Below, piece after piece: positions 51,768-61,706 of a stretch of DNA of 62,000 bases. This DNA comes from Hyalangium minutum (GTDB lineage: Bacteria > Myxococcota > Myxococcia > Myxococcales > Myxococcaceae): assembly GCF_000737315.1 (NCBI RefSeq), contig NZ_JMCB01000001.1:144001-206000 (forward strand), in the 5' to 3' direction. Made by a program: the position numbers and the translations under genes. The notes beneath the pieces were generated by a model. That model made no database searches, was not told the origin of the DNA, and saw only the letters and a list, made by a program, of their open reading frames with translations. Position 1 is the stretch's first letter; the number at the start of each line of letters is the position of its first letter.

Positions 51768-52670
51768 ATGGTCCGCCCGTCCCTCTCTCTCGCTCTTGTG
51801 GCGCTGTCGCTGCTGTCCACCCCGGCCCTGGCCCAGTCGCGGCTGCCCAGCTTCGACCTCCAGCGGCTCCAGTTCGAGCCCAGCGCGCTCGGCTCCTTCG
51901 TGGTGGGCACCGGCCGCACGCTGGACGCGGGTGTCTTCCGCACCTCGTTCCAGGTCCACTACGAGCAGCAGCCGCTCTCCTTCGATGAGCGCTGGGACCC
52001 AGCTGCGGGCCAATCGCTGGTGGAGGGCAAGTTCACCACCCACCTCACCGCAGCCTATGGCGTGCTGTCCTGGCTGCAGGTGGGGGCGCAGGTGCCCTTC
52101 ATCCTCAACCAGTCGGGGACTCGCACCTTCACGGCGCTGCCCCCCTCGAAGACGGGCCTGGGGACACCCTGGGTGTCGGCTCGCGTGGGGCTGCTGAGCC
52201 AGAAGAGCGGTGGGCCCATGAACCTGGCGCTCGACGTCGCGGGCGCTGTGCCTGTGGGCAGCACCGAGGCGCTCGCCAAGGATGACTACGCGCTGTACCC
52301 ACGGCTCCAGCTGGGCGTCCAGGGTTCGGGCTTCCAGGTGGGAGGCGAGGTGGGCGCCCTCGTGCGCAAGAAGGTGGACCTCGGGGTGCTCTCCCTCCGC
52401 GAGCACGACGTCATCGGCAACGAGCTCCGGATCGGTGCCACGGTGACGTCGCTCGGCGGCAAGAAGACGCGCGGCGAGCTGAGCGTGATGACGGCGCTGC
52501 CGCTCGAGGACGGGCGCATGAGCACGGAGGTGCTGCTGGCCATCCGCCGCCACGCCCTGCCCTGGCTGGACCTCTACGTGCTCGGCGGGCCGGGGATCGG
52601 CATCGCCTCGGACACGCCCTCGTTCCGTGTCATCGCCGGCGCCTCGTTCTCCAACGCGAAGATCGACTGA
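51768..52670 (+). CDS. Putative outer-membrane beta-barrel protein
   Basis: Signal peptide ending ALAQ; amphipathic strands; C-terminal FRVIAGASF. Confidence 0.75.
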   Translation: MVRPSLSLALVALSLLSTPALAQSRLPSFDLQRLQFEPSALGSFVVGTGRTLDAGVFRTSFQVHYEQQPLSFDERWDPAAGQSLVEGKFTTHLTAAYGVLSWLQVGAQVPFILNQSGTRTFTALPPSKTGLGTPWVSARVGLLSQKSGGPMNLALDVAGAVPVGSTEALAKDDYALYPRLQLGVQGSGFQVGGEVGALVRKKVDLGVLSLREHDVIGNELRIGATVTSLGGKKTRGELSVMTALPLEDGRMSTEVLLAIRRHALPWLDLYVLGGPGIGIASDTPSFRVIAGASFSNAKID

Positions 52671-52711
52671 CGCTCAGCGCACGTTGCGGAACGTGCCCCG
52701 GTAGAAACAAC

Positions 52712-52749
52712 AAGGGCGGCCGTGGCACGAAGCCACGGGCCGCCCTCTT
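52712..52749. terminator. Hairpin between convergent genes
   Basis: AGGGCGGCCGTGGC-acgaa-GCCACGGGCCGCCCT with one bulge. Confidence 0.65.
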
Positions 52750-52782
52750 CACTTCACCGGCCCGGAACGCGGGCCGCGCCGC

Positions 52783-53466
52783 TCAATTCACATCCCAGCA
52801 GGCGGCGATCTCCTCGCAGGCGAGCGCCAGGTTGTCCAACCGGCGCTGCTGCGCCTTGGGCGCCACGTACACCTTCCCCGCGAACACGTCGAACACGCGC
52901 ACCAGGCGGTGATCCACCGGCCCCTTCTGCTGCAGGTGCTCCTCCGCGTACAGGTGCAGCACCGTGGCGATGTACTGCCCGGACTGCTCGTTCAGCGGCG
53001 TGTGCTTCGAGAAGTACAGCTTCAGCAGCCCCGAGTGCATCTGCCCGTGCCGGTCCGCGCTGCGCAGCAGGAGCTCCGGCCGCACGTTGATCGTCACGCC
53101 GCTCAGCGCCATCGGCGGGAACTCCGGACCCGCGGGGCTCGCCACCGCGTTCGTCAGCGACAGCTCGTCGGCCGCCATCAGGAAGTGCTGCAGCGCCTCC
53201 GCGCACAAAGACAGCCGGTGCGCGTCGAAGTCCGACTCGGGCTTGGCGTTCAGCATGCGGCGCTGGTGGTAGCGCAGAATCACCTCATCACGGCCGCCGC
53301 AGAGGTACTCGACGATGGCTTGCGCGGCCTCCGGGTAGCGCAGGTACTGAGGGTCCACCGGGTGCTTCTGCGCGTGGATGATGCGCTTGCGCAGCGCCGG
53401 CGTCGCCGTCAGGTACTGCCCCAGCTTGTTCACCGAGACGCTCGGATTCGCACGAATGTCAGTCAT
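52783..53466 (-). CDS. Hypothetical protein
   Basis: 227 aa with typical codon bias; no firm family. Confidence 0.8.
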   Translation of the reverse strand: MTDIRANPSVSVNKLGQYLTATPALRKRIIHAQKHPVDPQYLRYPEAAQAIVEYLCGGRDEVILRYHQRRMLNAKPESDFDAHRLSLCAEALQHFLMAADELSLTNAVASPAGPEFPPMALSGVTINVRPELLLRSADRHGQMHSGLLKLYFSKHTPLNEQSGQYIATVLHLYAEEHLQQKGPVDHRLVRVFDVFAGKVYVAPKAQQRRLDNLALACEEIAACWDVN

Positions 53467-53669
53467 TGTTCGACCCTTCCTTGCCGTTGCGGGAATAAAG
53501 AGAGACTACCGGTCAGGTCTGACATTCCCCGGCGAGCCAGGGTCCTCATCCCAGCGCAAAACCCACCTTGTCGCACACCTCGAATTCAGAGGGCTCCGGG
53601 CCCTACCTGCCGCGTTCCGGCGCCCGGCCGTGCGTACAATAGAAACGAAGACGTGGAGGAGACACGCGC

Positions 53670-54110
53670 GTGAAATACCCCCCCCGGCTGGGACACCTGG
53701 CCACCCGCCCCGTAGTAGTGAACCGGCTGGTGCCCACCTATGCGAAGGCCCACCAGATTGACGAACAGGAGGCCGCTCAGCGGCTGGAGCGCGCCATCGC
53801 CGGGCGCCTCTGGGAGGACCTGCTTGCGGCCACGTGGGAGGCGATGCAGAGCCGCGTGAAGCGGCTGGACGAGCAGAAGCTGCTGGAGAAGGTGTTCAAC
53901 ACGCTCGAGGATCGGCCCCTGCGCTATGGCCGGGTGGTGGAGCCCAACGCCGCCTGGAGCGCCTTCATGATGCTGCTGGACCTGGAGATCGGCACCGCGG
54001 GGGACGCGGCCCGCAAGGTGATGGAGTCCGAGCAGGGCCGGAAGATGATCAGCGCCGGGCTCGCGGAGGCGGGGATGTTCCTCGCCATCGAGCTGACCAA
54101 GGGAAAGTGA
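53670..54110 (+). CDS. Hypothetical helical protein
   Basis: GTG start after GGAGGA; TACAAT upstream at ~53635. Confidence 0.8.
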   Translation: MKYPPRLGHLATRPVVVNRLVPTYAKAHQIDEQEAAQRLERAIAGRLWEDLLAATWEAMQSRVKRLDEQKLLEKVFNTLEDRPLRYGRVVEPNAAWSAFMMLLDLEIGTAGDAARKVMESEQGRKMISAGLAEAGMFLAIELTKGK

Positions 54111-54223
54111 GCCCGCCTCCCCAGCGGCATTTCCACGGGGCCCAGGCTGTTGGCTCCACTCGACGACCCGAGCCGCCGTGCCCCTCGAGCAGCGGGGCGG
54201 GCGCCCCCTGAGAGACCCTGCAC

Positions 54224-55207
54224 GTGCTCATCCGGTACTCCGACTGGAAGCGGCCCACCGACGACGTCTATGCGTTCCGTCTGCGCACGGCCGCTGGCGC
54301 CGCCGAGCCAGGCGCGTTCATCCCCGCGCTGCCCGGCGTGGGGACCCAGAGCGACATCCGGGACGTCCTCCGCCGGGTGCTCGCGGACGGAGAGGCCGAG
54401 CGCTTCGAGCGCCAGATCGATCGCTGGTCCGGCCCCGAGGACGTGGTCGGAGAGGCGCGCGAGAAGCCTTACGCAGGGCAGCAGCACACCTTCGAGGAGC
54501 GCTCCCCGAGCGACACCCTCACGATGGCGGACGTGGACGCGGTGCTCCGAGGCATCGTCCTCGTGCTGCGCGGCAGCTCCGGTGCCACCGACTACGTGCT
54601 GCGTGACCACCACATGCTGGATGTGGCGCTGTACCACTATTGGACCACCGGCGAGCTGCCGAGCGCCCTCTTCCATGCAGACAGGCACTCGGACTGGTGC
54701 AAGGACAGCTACCTGGAGGCCCGCCGGCCCCAACAGGCGGCCACCTGGTGGGCGCTCATCGAGGGCCTCAAGCGCCCCAGCACCGGCGCTCCCGTGCTCT
54801 CCGAGCGGGCCGTCTTCTTCACCACCGCGGCGGCCGAGCGCTCCTCCCGGATGAGCGGGCGGGACATTGGCGCCTCGGTGCGCGTGCCCGGCTTCCTCGA
54901 TCCGGAGGGGCTCCGCTGGCCCCAGGTCCTCGAACAGCCCGGCGCCACCGAGGCGGACTGGGTCTCTCTGGATCTGGACTTCTTCCAGCCCTCACCCCAG
55001 CTCCGCGTCAGCAAGGGGCTGCTGCGAGACGCCCGCTTCCAGGGACTCCTCTCCGGCGCCCGGGTGCGCGTCTTCGTGCTCTCACCCCAGTTCACCAACG
55101 GTGGAGACCGGATCGATCCGTGGGTGATTCAGGGCCACCTGCATTCCTCGCTCCGGCTGCTCAACCTGCTGCGCCGCCCACTCCGCCTGGGGGTTCCCCA
55201 AGCCTGA
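54224..55207 (+). CDS. Hypothetical protein, possible UPF0489/arginase-deacetylase-fold metalloprotein
   Basis: DHHML, FHADRHSDW and SLDLDFF motifs. Confidence 0.65.
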   Translation: MLIRYSDWKRPTDDVYAFRLRTAAGAAEPGAFIPALPGVGTQSDIRDVLRRVLADGEAERFERQIDRWSGPEDVVGEAREKPYAGQQHTFEERSPSDTLTMADVDAVLRGIVLVLRGSSGATDYVLRDHHMLDVALYHYWTTGELPSALFHADRHSDWCKDSYLEARRPQQAATWWALIEGLKRPSTGAPVLSERAVFFTTAAAERSSRMSGRDIGASVRVPGFLDPEGLRWPQVLEQPGATEADWVSLDLDFFQPSPQLRVSKGLLRDARFQGLLSGARVRVFVLSPQFTNGGDRIDPWVIQGHLHSSLRLLNLLRRPLRLGVPQA

Positions 55208-55347
55208 GGCAGGCGTGTCAGCCGGCATGTCATTTCTTCGGCCTTCCAACGAGATTCCACTGTCACGGAACCTCTTGCGATAGCAGTTCCCATTTTTCTG
55301 AAACCCGATGACAATCTCCCCCCTCTGCAGTTGGGGATGGGTCATCG

Positions 55348-57492
55348 ATGCCTCAGGAGAAAGCGAAGAGCCCTGAGCAGCAGCCCTCGGAAGCGTCCGA
55401 GAGGCCCGATCCGACCCTGCCCGTAGGGAGCGGCGCTCCCGCCCCGGCAGGAGAGATGTCCCCCACCAACCTGCGCCCGGACGCCAAGAGCCCGGAGCAG
55501 TGGTGGGCGCCTCCGGAGACCTCTCCCGAGGGCCAACCCGGCTCCCCTCCCAAGGTCCCCACGCCCGTGACAGAGAAGAAGGACCCGCTCATCGGCACGG
55601 TGGTGGGCAGCTTCCGGCTCATCCGCAAGCTGGGCGGCGGCGGCATGGGCACCGTCTACCTGGGCGAGCACACCTTGATTGGCAGCAAGGTCGCCGTGAA
55701 GTTCCTCCACGAGCACTTCGCCTCCAATGAGGCCCTCGTCCAGCGCTTCCTCGCGGAAGCCCGCTCCGTCAACCTCATCGGCCACGAAAACATCATCAAC
55801 ATCTTCGACATGAGCCTGCTGCCTCCTCGCAGGCACTACCTCGTCATGGAGTACCTGGAGGGCAGCCCTCTCTCGTCCATGACGGGGAGCCCGCAGCCGC
55901 CCTCGGTGATCGTGCCGATCCTCACCCAGGTGTGCGATGCGCTTCAGGCGGCTCACCTCAACGGCGTGGTCCACCGGGACCTGAAGCCGGAGAACATCTT
56001 CCTCGTGCGGCATGACCGCACACCGCACTTCGTGAAGGTGCTGGACTTCGGCATCGCCAAGCTGCTCGACGGGGCGCACTCGCCGGGGCAGACCTCGATG
56101 GGCACCATCATCGGGACCCCGGAGTACATGGCTCCCGAGCAGTGGGCCGGCAAGGGCGTGGATGGGCGCACAGACCTGTACGCGCTGGGCATCATCTCCT
56201 ACGAGCTGCTCACCGGCCGCACGCCCTTCCCCAAGGGAGGGCTGGGGAGCCTGCTGCACGCCCACCTCCAGGAGCTGCCCCCTGCGCCCCACGAGCTGAC
56301 CCCGTCGGTGCCCCTGCCGCTCTCGCAGCTCGTCATGCGTGCCATGGCCAAGCGCCCGGAAGATCGCTTCCGGACCGCAGCCGAGATGCGCACCGCGCTG
56401 GAACAGGCACTCGCGGGGCAGGCACCGGCTCCGCTTCCGTCGCTCGCCACGCCCGCTCCTGCCCCAGTTCCCGCGGCCACACCGCCCTCGCTGCCGCTGG
56501 ACACGGCGATGGCCATTCCGGCGACGGCCCCCGCTCCGCCCCGGCGGCCCGCGTCTCCTCCGCCGCTCGAGGCCTTCGCCAAGGGGGTCCTCACTCCGGG
56601 CTCGGAGCCGCTCCGCATGAGCTGCACGGACCTGAGCCGCGCTGGGGCCTTCCTGTGCACCGAAGGCTCGCTGCCCCCGCTGCGCTCGCGCGTAGCGCTC
56701 ACCCTGGAGGTGCGCGGCCAGAACCTGCCCTGTACCGGCGAGGTTGTCCGCCACGTCACCCCGGCCCAGGCGGGCTCCTGGGGCATGCGCGCGGGCTTCG
56801 CCGTCCAGTTCATCAACCTGTCCGCCGAAGCCCGCGACGCCCTCTCCCGCCTCTCCCAGGGCCAGACAGCGCCCTCGGCCACCCCCAAGGTGCTCTCGGA
56901 CGATCCGCAGGCGGAGTCGCTGCTGACCATGCTCCAGCAGCGCATGAACGCCGACCCGTACGTGCTGCTGTCACTCCCCCAGAACGCCACGTTCGATGAA
57001 GTTCGCCAGCACGGCCGCGCCGCCACGAGCGCCCTGGAGACCATCGCCGCCCGGCCGCTGTCGGCCCGCCAGGCGAAGGAGCTCTCCGAGATGCGCTCGC
57101 GCATCGAGAAGGCCGCGGACCTGCTGGGACACCCCCGCCAGCGCATCGAGCACGACGCCTGGCGCGCCAACTACGCGGGCGTGGCCCGGTGCATCTCCAG
57201 CGGCCTCACCGCCACCGAGATCGAGTCCCTGCGCGCCCGCTACCTGGTGGCCCACCCAGGCACGGAGGCGCGCGAGCGCATCCACGCCGCCACCGCCTCC
57301 GCCTGGGAATCCCAAGGCAGCATCGGCCTGGCCCTGGCCGAATACGAGAAGGCGCTCGCCGCCGACCCGCTCAACCTGCAGCTCCAGCAGCGCTACTGGA
57401 ACCTCAAGCAGCGCGGCGTGAAGCCCACCCCACCCCCGGAGAGCAGCTCCAAAGAGGGCCAGGACGTGCCGGGGCTGCGGCGCCGCCGCTAG
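55348..57492 (+). CDS. Ser/Thr protein kinase with a PilZ-like domain and a C-terminal J-like/TPR region
   Basis: LGGGGMGTVY, VAVK, HRDLKPEN, DFG, GTPEYMAPE. PilZ-like DLSRAG...GFAVQF. DPYVLL...ATFDEVR. Confidence 0.93.
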   Translation: MPQEKAKSPEQQPSEASERPDPTLPVGSGAPAPAGEMSPTNLRPDAKSPEQWWAPPETSPEGQPGSPPKVPTPVTEKKDPLIGTVVGSFRLIRKLGGGGMGTVYLGEHTLIGSKVAVKFLHEHFASNEALVQRFLAEARSVNLIGHENIINIFDMSLLPPRRHYLVMEYLEGSPLSSMTGSPQPPSVIVPILTQVCDALQAAHLNGVVHRDLKPENIFLVRHDRTPHFVKVLDFGIAKLLDGAHSPGQTSMGTIIGTPEYMAPEQWAGKGVDGRTDLYALGIISYELLTGRTPFPKGGLGSLLHAHLQELPPAPHELTPSVPLPLSQLVMRAMAKRPEDRFRTAAEMRTALEQALAGQAPAPLPSLATPAPAPVPAATPPSLPLDTAMAIPATAPAPPRRPASPPPLEAFAKGVLTPGSEPLRMSCTDLSRAGAFLCTEGSLPPLRSRVALTLEVRGQNLPCTGEVVRHVTPAQAGSWGMRAGFAVQFINLSAEARDALSRLSQGQTAPSATPKVLSDDPQAESLLTMLQQRMNADPYVLLSLPQNATFDEVRQHGRAATSALETIAARPLSARQAKELSEMRSRIEKAADLLGHPRQRIEHDAWRANYAGVARCISSGLTATEIESLRARYLVAHPGTEARERIHAATASAWESQGSIGLALAEYEKALAADPLNLQLQQRYWNLKQRGVKPTPPPESSSKEGQDVPGLRRRR

Positions 57493-57510
57493 TCAGCGCG
57501 CGAGGCCTCC

Positions 57511-59427
57511 TTACTTCGGCATGAAGTTGAAGGCCTTGAGCATGAGGATGAAGATGCCCATGAGGCTCTCGCCCGCGAGGAAGCCAGAGCCCACGGGGAA
57601 CACGGCGGCCTCCGCCACCTTCGGCTTGCGCCGGCGCAGGTACTCCGCGATGCCCGCGCCGATGCAGAAGCTGATCGAGCTGGAGCCGGGGATGACGATG
57701 GCCAGCCCGAAGCCCGCGGCCGATGGAATGTAGGGCTTCGCGGCCTTCGGGGCCCACCGGTCCAGCAGCACCAGGGCGATGCCCAGCAGCCCTCCGCACA
57801 GTGCTCCCATGCGGGCGCTGGGGTGCAGCGCCTCCAGGCCCACCGACAGCATCTTGGAGACGCCCGCCCAGACCATCACGCCCGGAGCGGGGAACTCCTC
57901 ACCGCCCAGGACCTGCGCATCCGGCACGAGCAGGTTGAAGGCGGGCACCACGATGGCCGCGCCCGCCACCACGCCAAAGAGCTGGCCGATGAGCTGCTGC
58001 CGGGGGTTACCGCCGAGCAGCCATCCGGACTTGAGATCGATCAGCAGATCCGCCGCGTGCAGGCCGACGCCACCTGTGGCATTGGCACTCATGACGTTGG
58101 CGGCCACGTTGCCGGGCGCCAGCCCTCCGTAGATGAGCTGCGTGACAGGGCCGAGTGCCTTGGTCGGCGTGGTGTCCGTCTCTCCGGTGACCCGGGCGGC
58201 GATGAAGCCCATCACCACGGCGAGCGGCAGCGCGAGCACGCCGGCCCACACGGGGATCTGGAAGAGGTACGCCATCAGCGCCACGGCGACGGGCCCCAGG
58301 ATGGCGAAGCCCATGGGGAACCAGGAGGGAGGAACCTCGATGGCGGCCAGGGGATCCTGGGTGGCCTCGTGCTTCTTCCGGAACAAGCCCGAGAGAGCCT
58401 GGAGCGAGCGGGCCACGCTGCGCCACTGGAACGCGAAAGAGAGCACCCCCGAGGTGACGAGCAGCGCCGCGCCCGTCCACAGCATCCAGGTGTTGATGGC
58501 CTTCTGGGTGACGGCGGTGATGAAGCCCTGATCCACCATGGCGGGAGCCAGGAAGCCATAGGTGAGGACAGCGCCCAGGAGCATGGACCAGCCGGTCTTC
58601 CAGGTCATCAGCATGCCGCCGCCGATGAGCAGCAGGCTCGGCTCGAAGGCCAGGCCCCAGTCCTTCAATGGACGGTCCCGGAGGGTGGCCCAGGGCAGAA
58701 TGCTCTTCTTTTCCATGATCGGCAGCGGCAGGCGAAGGAACTCGGGGGCATGAGTGTTGAGCCAGGCGCTCTTCGCGTCCCGCAGCACCGCGACGATGGC
58801 ACCGATCAATCCCGCGATGCCGAGCAGCCGTGACTTCTGCCGTGCCACCTCGCCGTGGCCGTGGAGCGCCTTGATGGTCTCGGCGGTGGCGATGCCGGAG
58901 GGGAACGGCAGCGCCTCGATGTTGACGAGCTGGCGCTTGATGGGGATGGCGGCAAAGACACCCAGCGCGGCGATGACGGCGAACCACAGCACCAGCCAGC
59001 CCGTGCCGGGCAGCGTGCCAGTGAGCACCAGCAACGCGGGCACGGCGGCCATGTTGCCGCCTCCCGTCATGTAGCCCGCCGCCGACGCCACCGAGCCCAT
59101 GGCGTTGTTCTCCAGCGGAGAGAAGTCCTCCCGGAACACGCGCAGCTGGCGCATCAGGTTGAAGAAGGAGAACGCCAGGATGCAGGCGGTCACGGTGACG
59201 CCCATGCTCCAGCCCGTCTTCAGGATGATGTACAGGTTGGACAGGCACATCACCATGCCGATGAGCATGCCGGCCACGATGGCGCGCGGCGTGAGCTGGC
59301 GCGCGCCGCCCTGGTACACGTTCTCCAGCCAGTAGCGCTCCGGGTCCTGGCCCTCGGCGGGCGCGGCCACCGGCGGAGCGTCGTGGGGATCGTGGCGAGG
59401 CGTCTCGTTGGCGGCGGGCTGAGTCAT
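57511..59427 (-). CDS. OPT-family oligopeptide transporter
   Basis: YIILKTGWSM, ENN..GSVASAAG, FPSGIATAE, DLKSGWLLG; many TM helices. Confidence 0.94.
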   Translation of the reverse strand: MTQPAANETPRHDPHDAPPVAAPAEGQDPERYWLENVYQGGARQLTPRAIVAGMLIGMVMCLSNLYIILKTGWSMGVTVTACILAFSFFNLMRQLRVFREDFSPLENNAMGSVASAAGYMTGGGNMAAVPALLVLTGTLPGTGWLVLWFAVIAALGVFAAIPIKRQLVNIEALPFPSGIATAETIKALHGHGEVARQKSRLLGIAGLIGAIVAVLRDAKSAWLNTHAPEFLRLPLPIMEKKSILPWATLRDRPLKDWGLAFEPSLLLIGGGMLMTWKTGWSMLLGAVLTYGFLAPAMVDQGFITAVTQKAINTWMLWTGAALLVTSGVLSFAFQWRSVARSLQALSGLFRKKHEATQDPLAAIEVPPSWFPMGFAILGPVAVALMAYLFQIPVWAGVLALPLAVVMGFIAARVTGETDTTPTKALGPVTQLIYGGLAPGNVAANVMSANATGGVGLHAADLLIDLKSGWLLGGNPRQQLIGQLFGVVAGAAIVVPAFNLLVPDAQVLGGEEFPAPGVMVWAGVSKMLSVGLEALHPSARMGALCGGLLGIALVLLDRWAPKAAKPYIPSAAGFGLAIVIPGSSSISFCIGAGIAEYLRRRKPKVAEAAVFPVGSGFLAGESLMGIFILMLKAFNFMPK

Positions 59428-59679
59428 TGGGAGCGCAACGATAATGCACCTGCCCGGAATCACCGAACGCCTCCACCAAGCGGGCAGCCGGCGTCCCTTC
59501 CCCGGCGGAAGAGGGCCTCGCCCTCACGCCCGGGGTACGTCACCACGCAGAGTGTTCACCCCCCGGAATTCGACGAGCGAGGAGTGTTCGCCAGCCCATG
59601 GCGCTGGCCCATGGCGGTGGCAGGCCCCCGCTCCCCACGCCATGAGAGAGGTTCCACTGCTGGTCTCCGGAGCCTCTTG

Positions 59680-60903
59680 ATGCTCTCCTTGCTTTCCCGT
59701 TGGAGCCGCGCCCTGCTCCTCCTGACGCTCGCCTGTGCCTCCTGCTCTGAACGTCAGAGCCCCGCTCAGCCGCCTCCTCCCGAGGGCCCCAATCCTCAGG
59801 AGGACACGGCCCTCAGCAACGTGCTGCGGCCCGAGCGCCAGGTCTTCCGCCCAGAGCTGCTCCAGAACCTCACGCTCCCCCCTGGCTTCGCGGTCTCTGT
59901 GTTCGCGCAGGATCTGGGTGCCCCGCGGATGATGGCCGAGGGACCGGATGGGTCGCTCTACGTCACGCGGCCGAAGCAGTCAGATGTGGTGCGGCTTCGG
60001 GACACGAACGGGGATGGCCGCGCCGAGGCGCCGAGCGTGGTCCTCTCAGGACTCAAGGACGTGCATGGCCTCGCCCTGCACCAGGGACGAGCCTATGTCG
60101 CCACGCCCACCCAGGTTCACGTCGTGGAGGTGCTGGGGGATGGCAGCTGGGGCTCTCCCCAGCTCCTGGTGGACCGGCTTCCGGATGGAGGCCAGCACGC
60201 CAATCGCACGCTCGCCGTGGGGCCTGATGGCAAGCTCTACCTCTCGGTGGGCAGCAGCTGCAACGCGTGCGACGAGACCAACGAAGAACACGCGACGCTG
60301 CTGCGGGTGAACCTGGATGGCAAGGGCCGGGAGATTTTCGCCCGGGGTCTGCGCAACACCATCGGCTTCGGCTGGCACCCGCAGTCGGGAGAGCTGTGGG
60401 GCATGGATCATGGCAGCGACCACCGCGGCGATGACATTCCTCCCGAGGAGCTCAACCGGCTGGTGCAAGGAAAGGACTACGGATGGCCTTATGCCTTTGG
60501 CCAGCAGCAGCCCGATCCGGTGATCGACGAGCCGAAGAACATGACCAAGGCGGAGTACGTGGCGAAGACGGAGCCGGCCGTCCTCACCTATCCGGCCCAC
60601 AGCGCCCCCATCGGGATGGTCTTCTACACGGGGGTGGCCTTCCCGGCCGAGTACCAGGGGGATGCGTTCGTCGCCATGAGGGGCTCGTGGAACCGCAAGC
60701 CCGCCACTGGCTACAAGCTGGTGCGCATCGACTTCAATGGCGGCCAACCCCAGCGCTTCGAGGACTTCATGACGGGCTTCCTGCTCGAAGAGGGCCGTGC
60801 CCACTTCGGGCGGCTGGCCGGCGTGACGCAGACACGGGACGGGGCGCTGCTGCTCGGAGATGACACCAACGGGGTCATCTACCGCATCACCTACAAGAAC
60901 TGA
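59680..60903 (+). CDS. PQQ-dependent sugar / L-sorbosone dehydrogenase family lipoprotein
   Basis: ATG 59680 after GGAG. GSSCNAC, GLRNTIG, PPEELN, YGWPY, HSAPIG, RGSWNR. Confidence 0.9.
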   Translation: MLSLLSRWSRALLLLTLACASCSERQSPAQPPPPEGPNPQEDTALSNVLRPERQVFRPELLQNLTLPPGFAVSVFAQDLGAPRMMAEGPDGSLYVTRPKQSDVVRLRDTNGDGRAEAPSVVLSGLKDVHGLALHQGRAYVATPTQVHVVEVLGDGSWGSPQLLVDRLPDGGQHANRTLAVGPDGKLYLSVGSSCNACDETNEEHATLLRVNLDGKGREIFARGLRNTIGFGWHPQSGELWGMDHGSDHRGDDIPPEELNRLVQGKDYGWPYAFGQQQPDPVIDEPKNMTKAEYVAKTEPAVLTYPAHSAPIGMVFYTGVAFPAEYQGDAFVAMRGSWNRKPATGYKLVRIDFNGGQPQRFEDFMTGFLLEEGRAHFGRLAGVTQTRDGALLLGDDTNGVIYRITYKN

Positions 60904-60922
60904 GCCCCGTCCCCTCTTTCAG

Positions 60923-61471
60923 CTACTTGTGCTTGTGGCCATGGCCGTGGTCGTGGTCGTGGTCGTGGTCATGATCATGGCCGCCGTGATCGTGGGCGCC
61001 GCCCGGCCCGTGAGCGTGGCCGTGAGAGAGCTCCTCGGCCGTGGCGTCCCGGACGTCCTTCACGGTGACGTCGAAGTGCAGCGTCTTGCCCGCCAGCGGG
61101 TGGTTCAGGTCGACAATGACCGTCTCGCCCTTCACCTCGTGGATGCCGATGGGGATGACCTCGCCGCCGTCGGTCTGCGCGGCCAGCCGCATGCCCGGCT
61201 TGAGCTCGGCGTCGGCGGGGAACATGGTGCGCGGTACTTCCTGGAGGCCCCGAGCGTCATGCTCGCCGTAGCCCTGCGCGGGAGGGACCACCACCTGCTT
61301 GGCCTCGCCGGCGGCCAGGCCTTCGAGGGCCTTTTCGAGGCCAGGGACGATCTGACCGCGCCCATGCAGGTAGGAGAGAGGCTGGCCGGGCTCGCTCTGG
61401 TCGATGATCTGTCCGTCGCCCAGGTGCAGCTTGTACTCCAACGCAATGATGCGGTCCTTGCCGATCTTCAT
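60923..61471 (-). CDS. slyD: FKBP-type peptidyl-prolyl isomerase with a His-rich tail
   Basis: YLHGRGQIVPGLEKAL, PAQGYGE, DLNHPLAGKTLHFDV, HDHDHDH tail. Confidence 0.95.
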   Translation of the reverse strand: MKIGKDRIIALEYKLHLGDGQIIDQSEPGQPLSYLHGRGQIVPGLEKALEGLAAGEAKQVVVPPAQGYGEHDARGLQEVPRTMFPADAELKPGMRLAAQTDGGEVIPIGIHEVKGETVIVDLNHPLAGKTLHFDVTVKDVRDATAEELSHGHAHGPGGAHDHGGHDHDHDHDHDHGHGHKHK

Positions 61472-61706
61472 GAAGCGGCTCCTCGTGCTTCAACTGCGGG
61501 TGGTACTGCATTCAGGAAGTGTGCGAGCAGTGCTCCCCGTGCGCATGGCACAGACATGACACGGCAGAGCGAGCGAGCCCCAGCCCGGCGGGCCGATGTG
61601 CCAGAGGGAAGGGAGCTGTAGCGCGCGTTCAGGATGGGAAGCTCAGGGTGAGTCGGCAGGTATATCGCGCTTGAGCAAGGCTCGTCGCTCGGAGAGAAGC
61701 AGCCCG

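Noticed and set aside
60940-61010. (GTGGTC)n microsatellite-like run
   Set aside because: It encodes the normal His/Asp metal-binding tail of SlyD.
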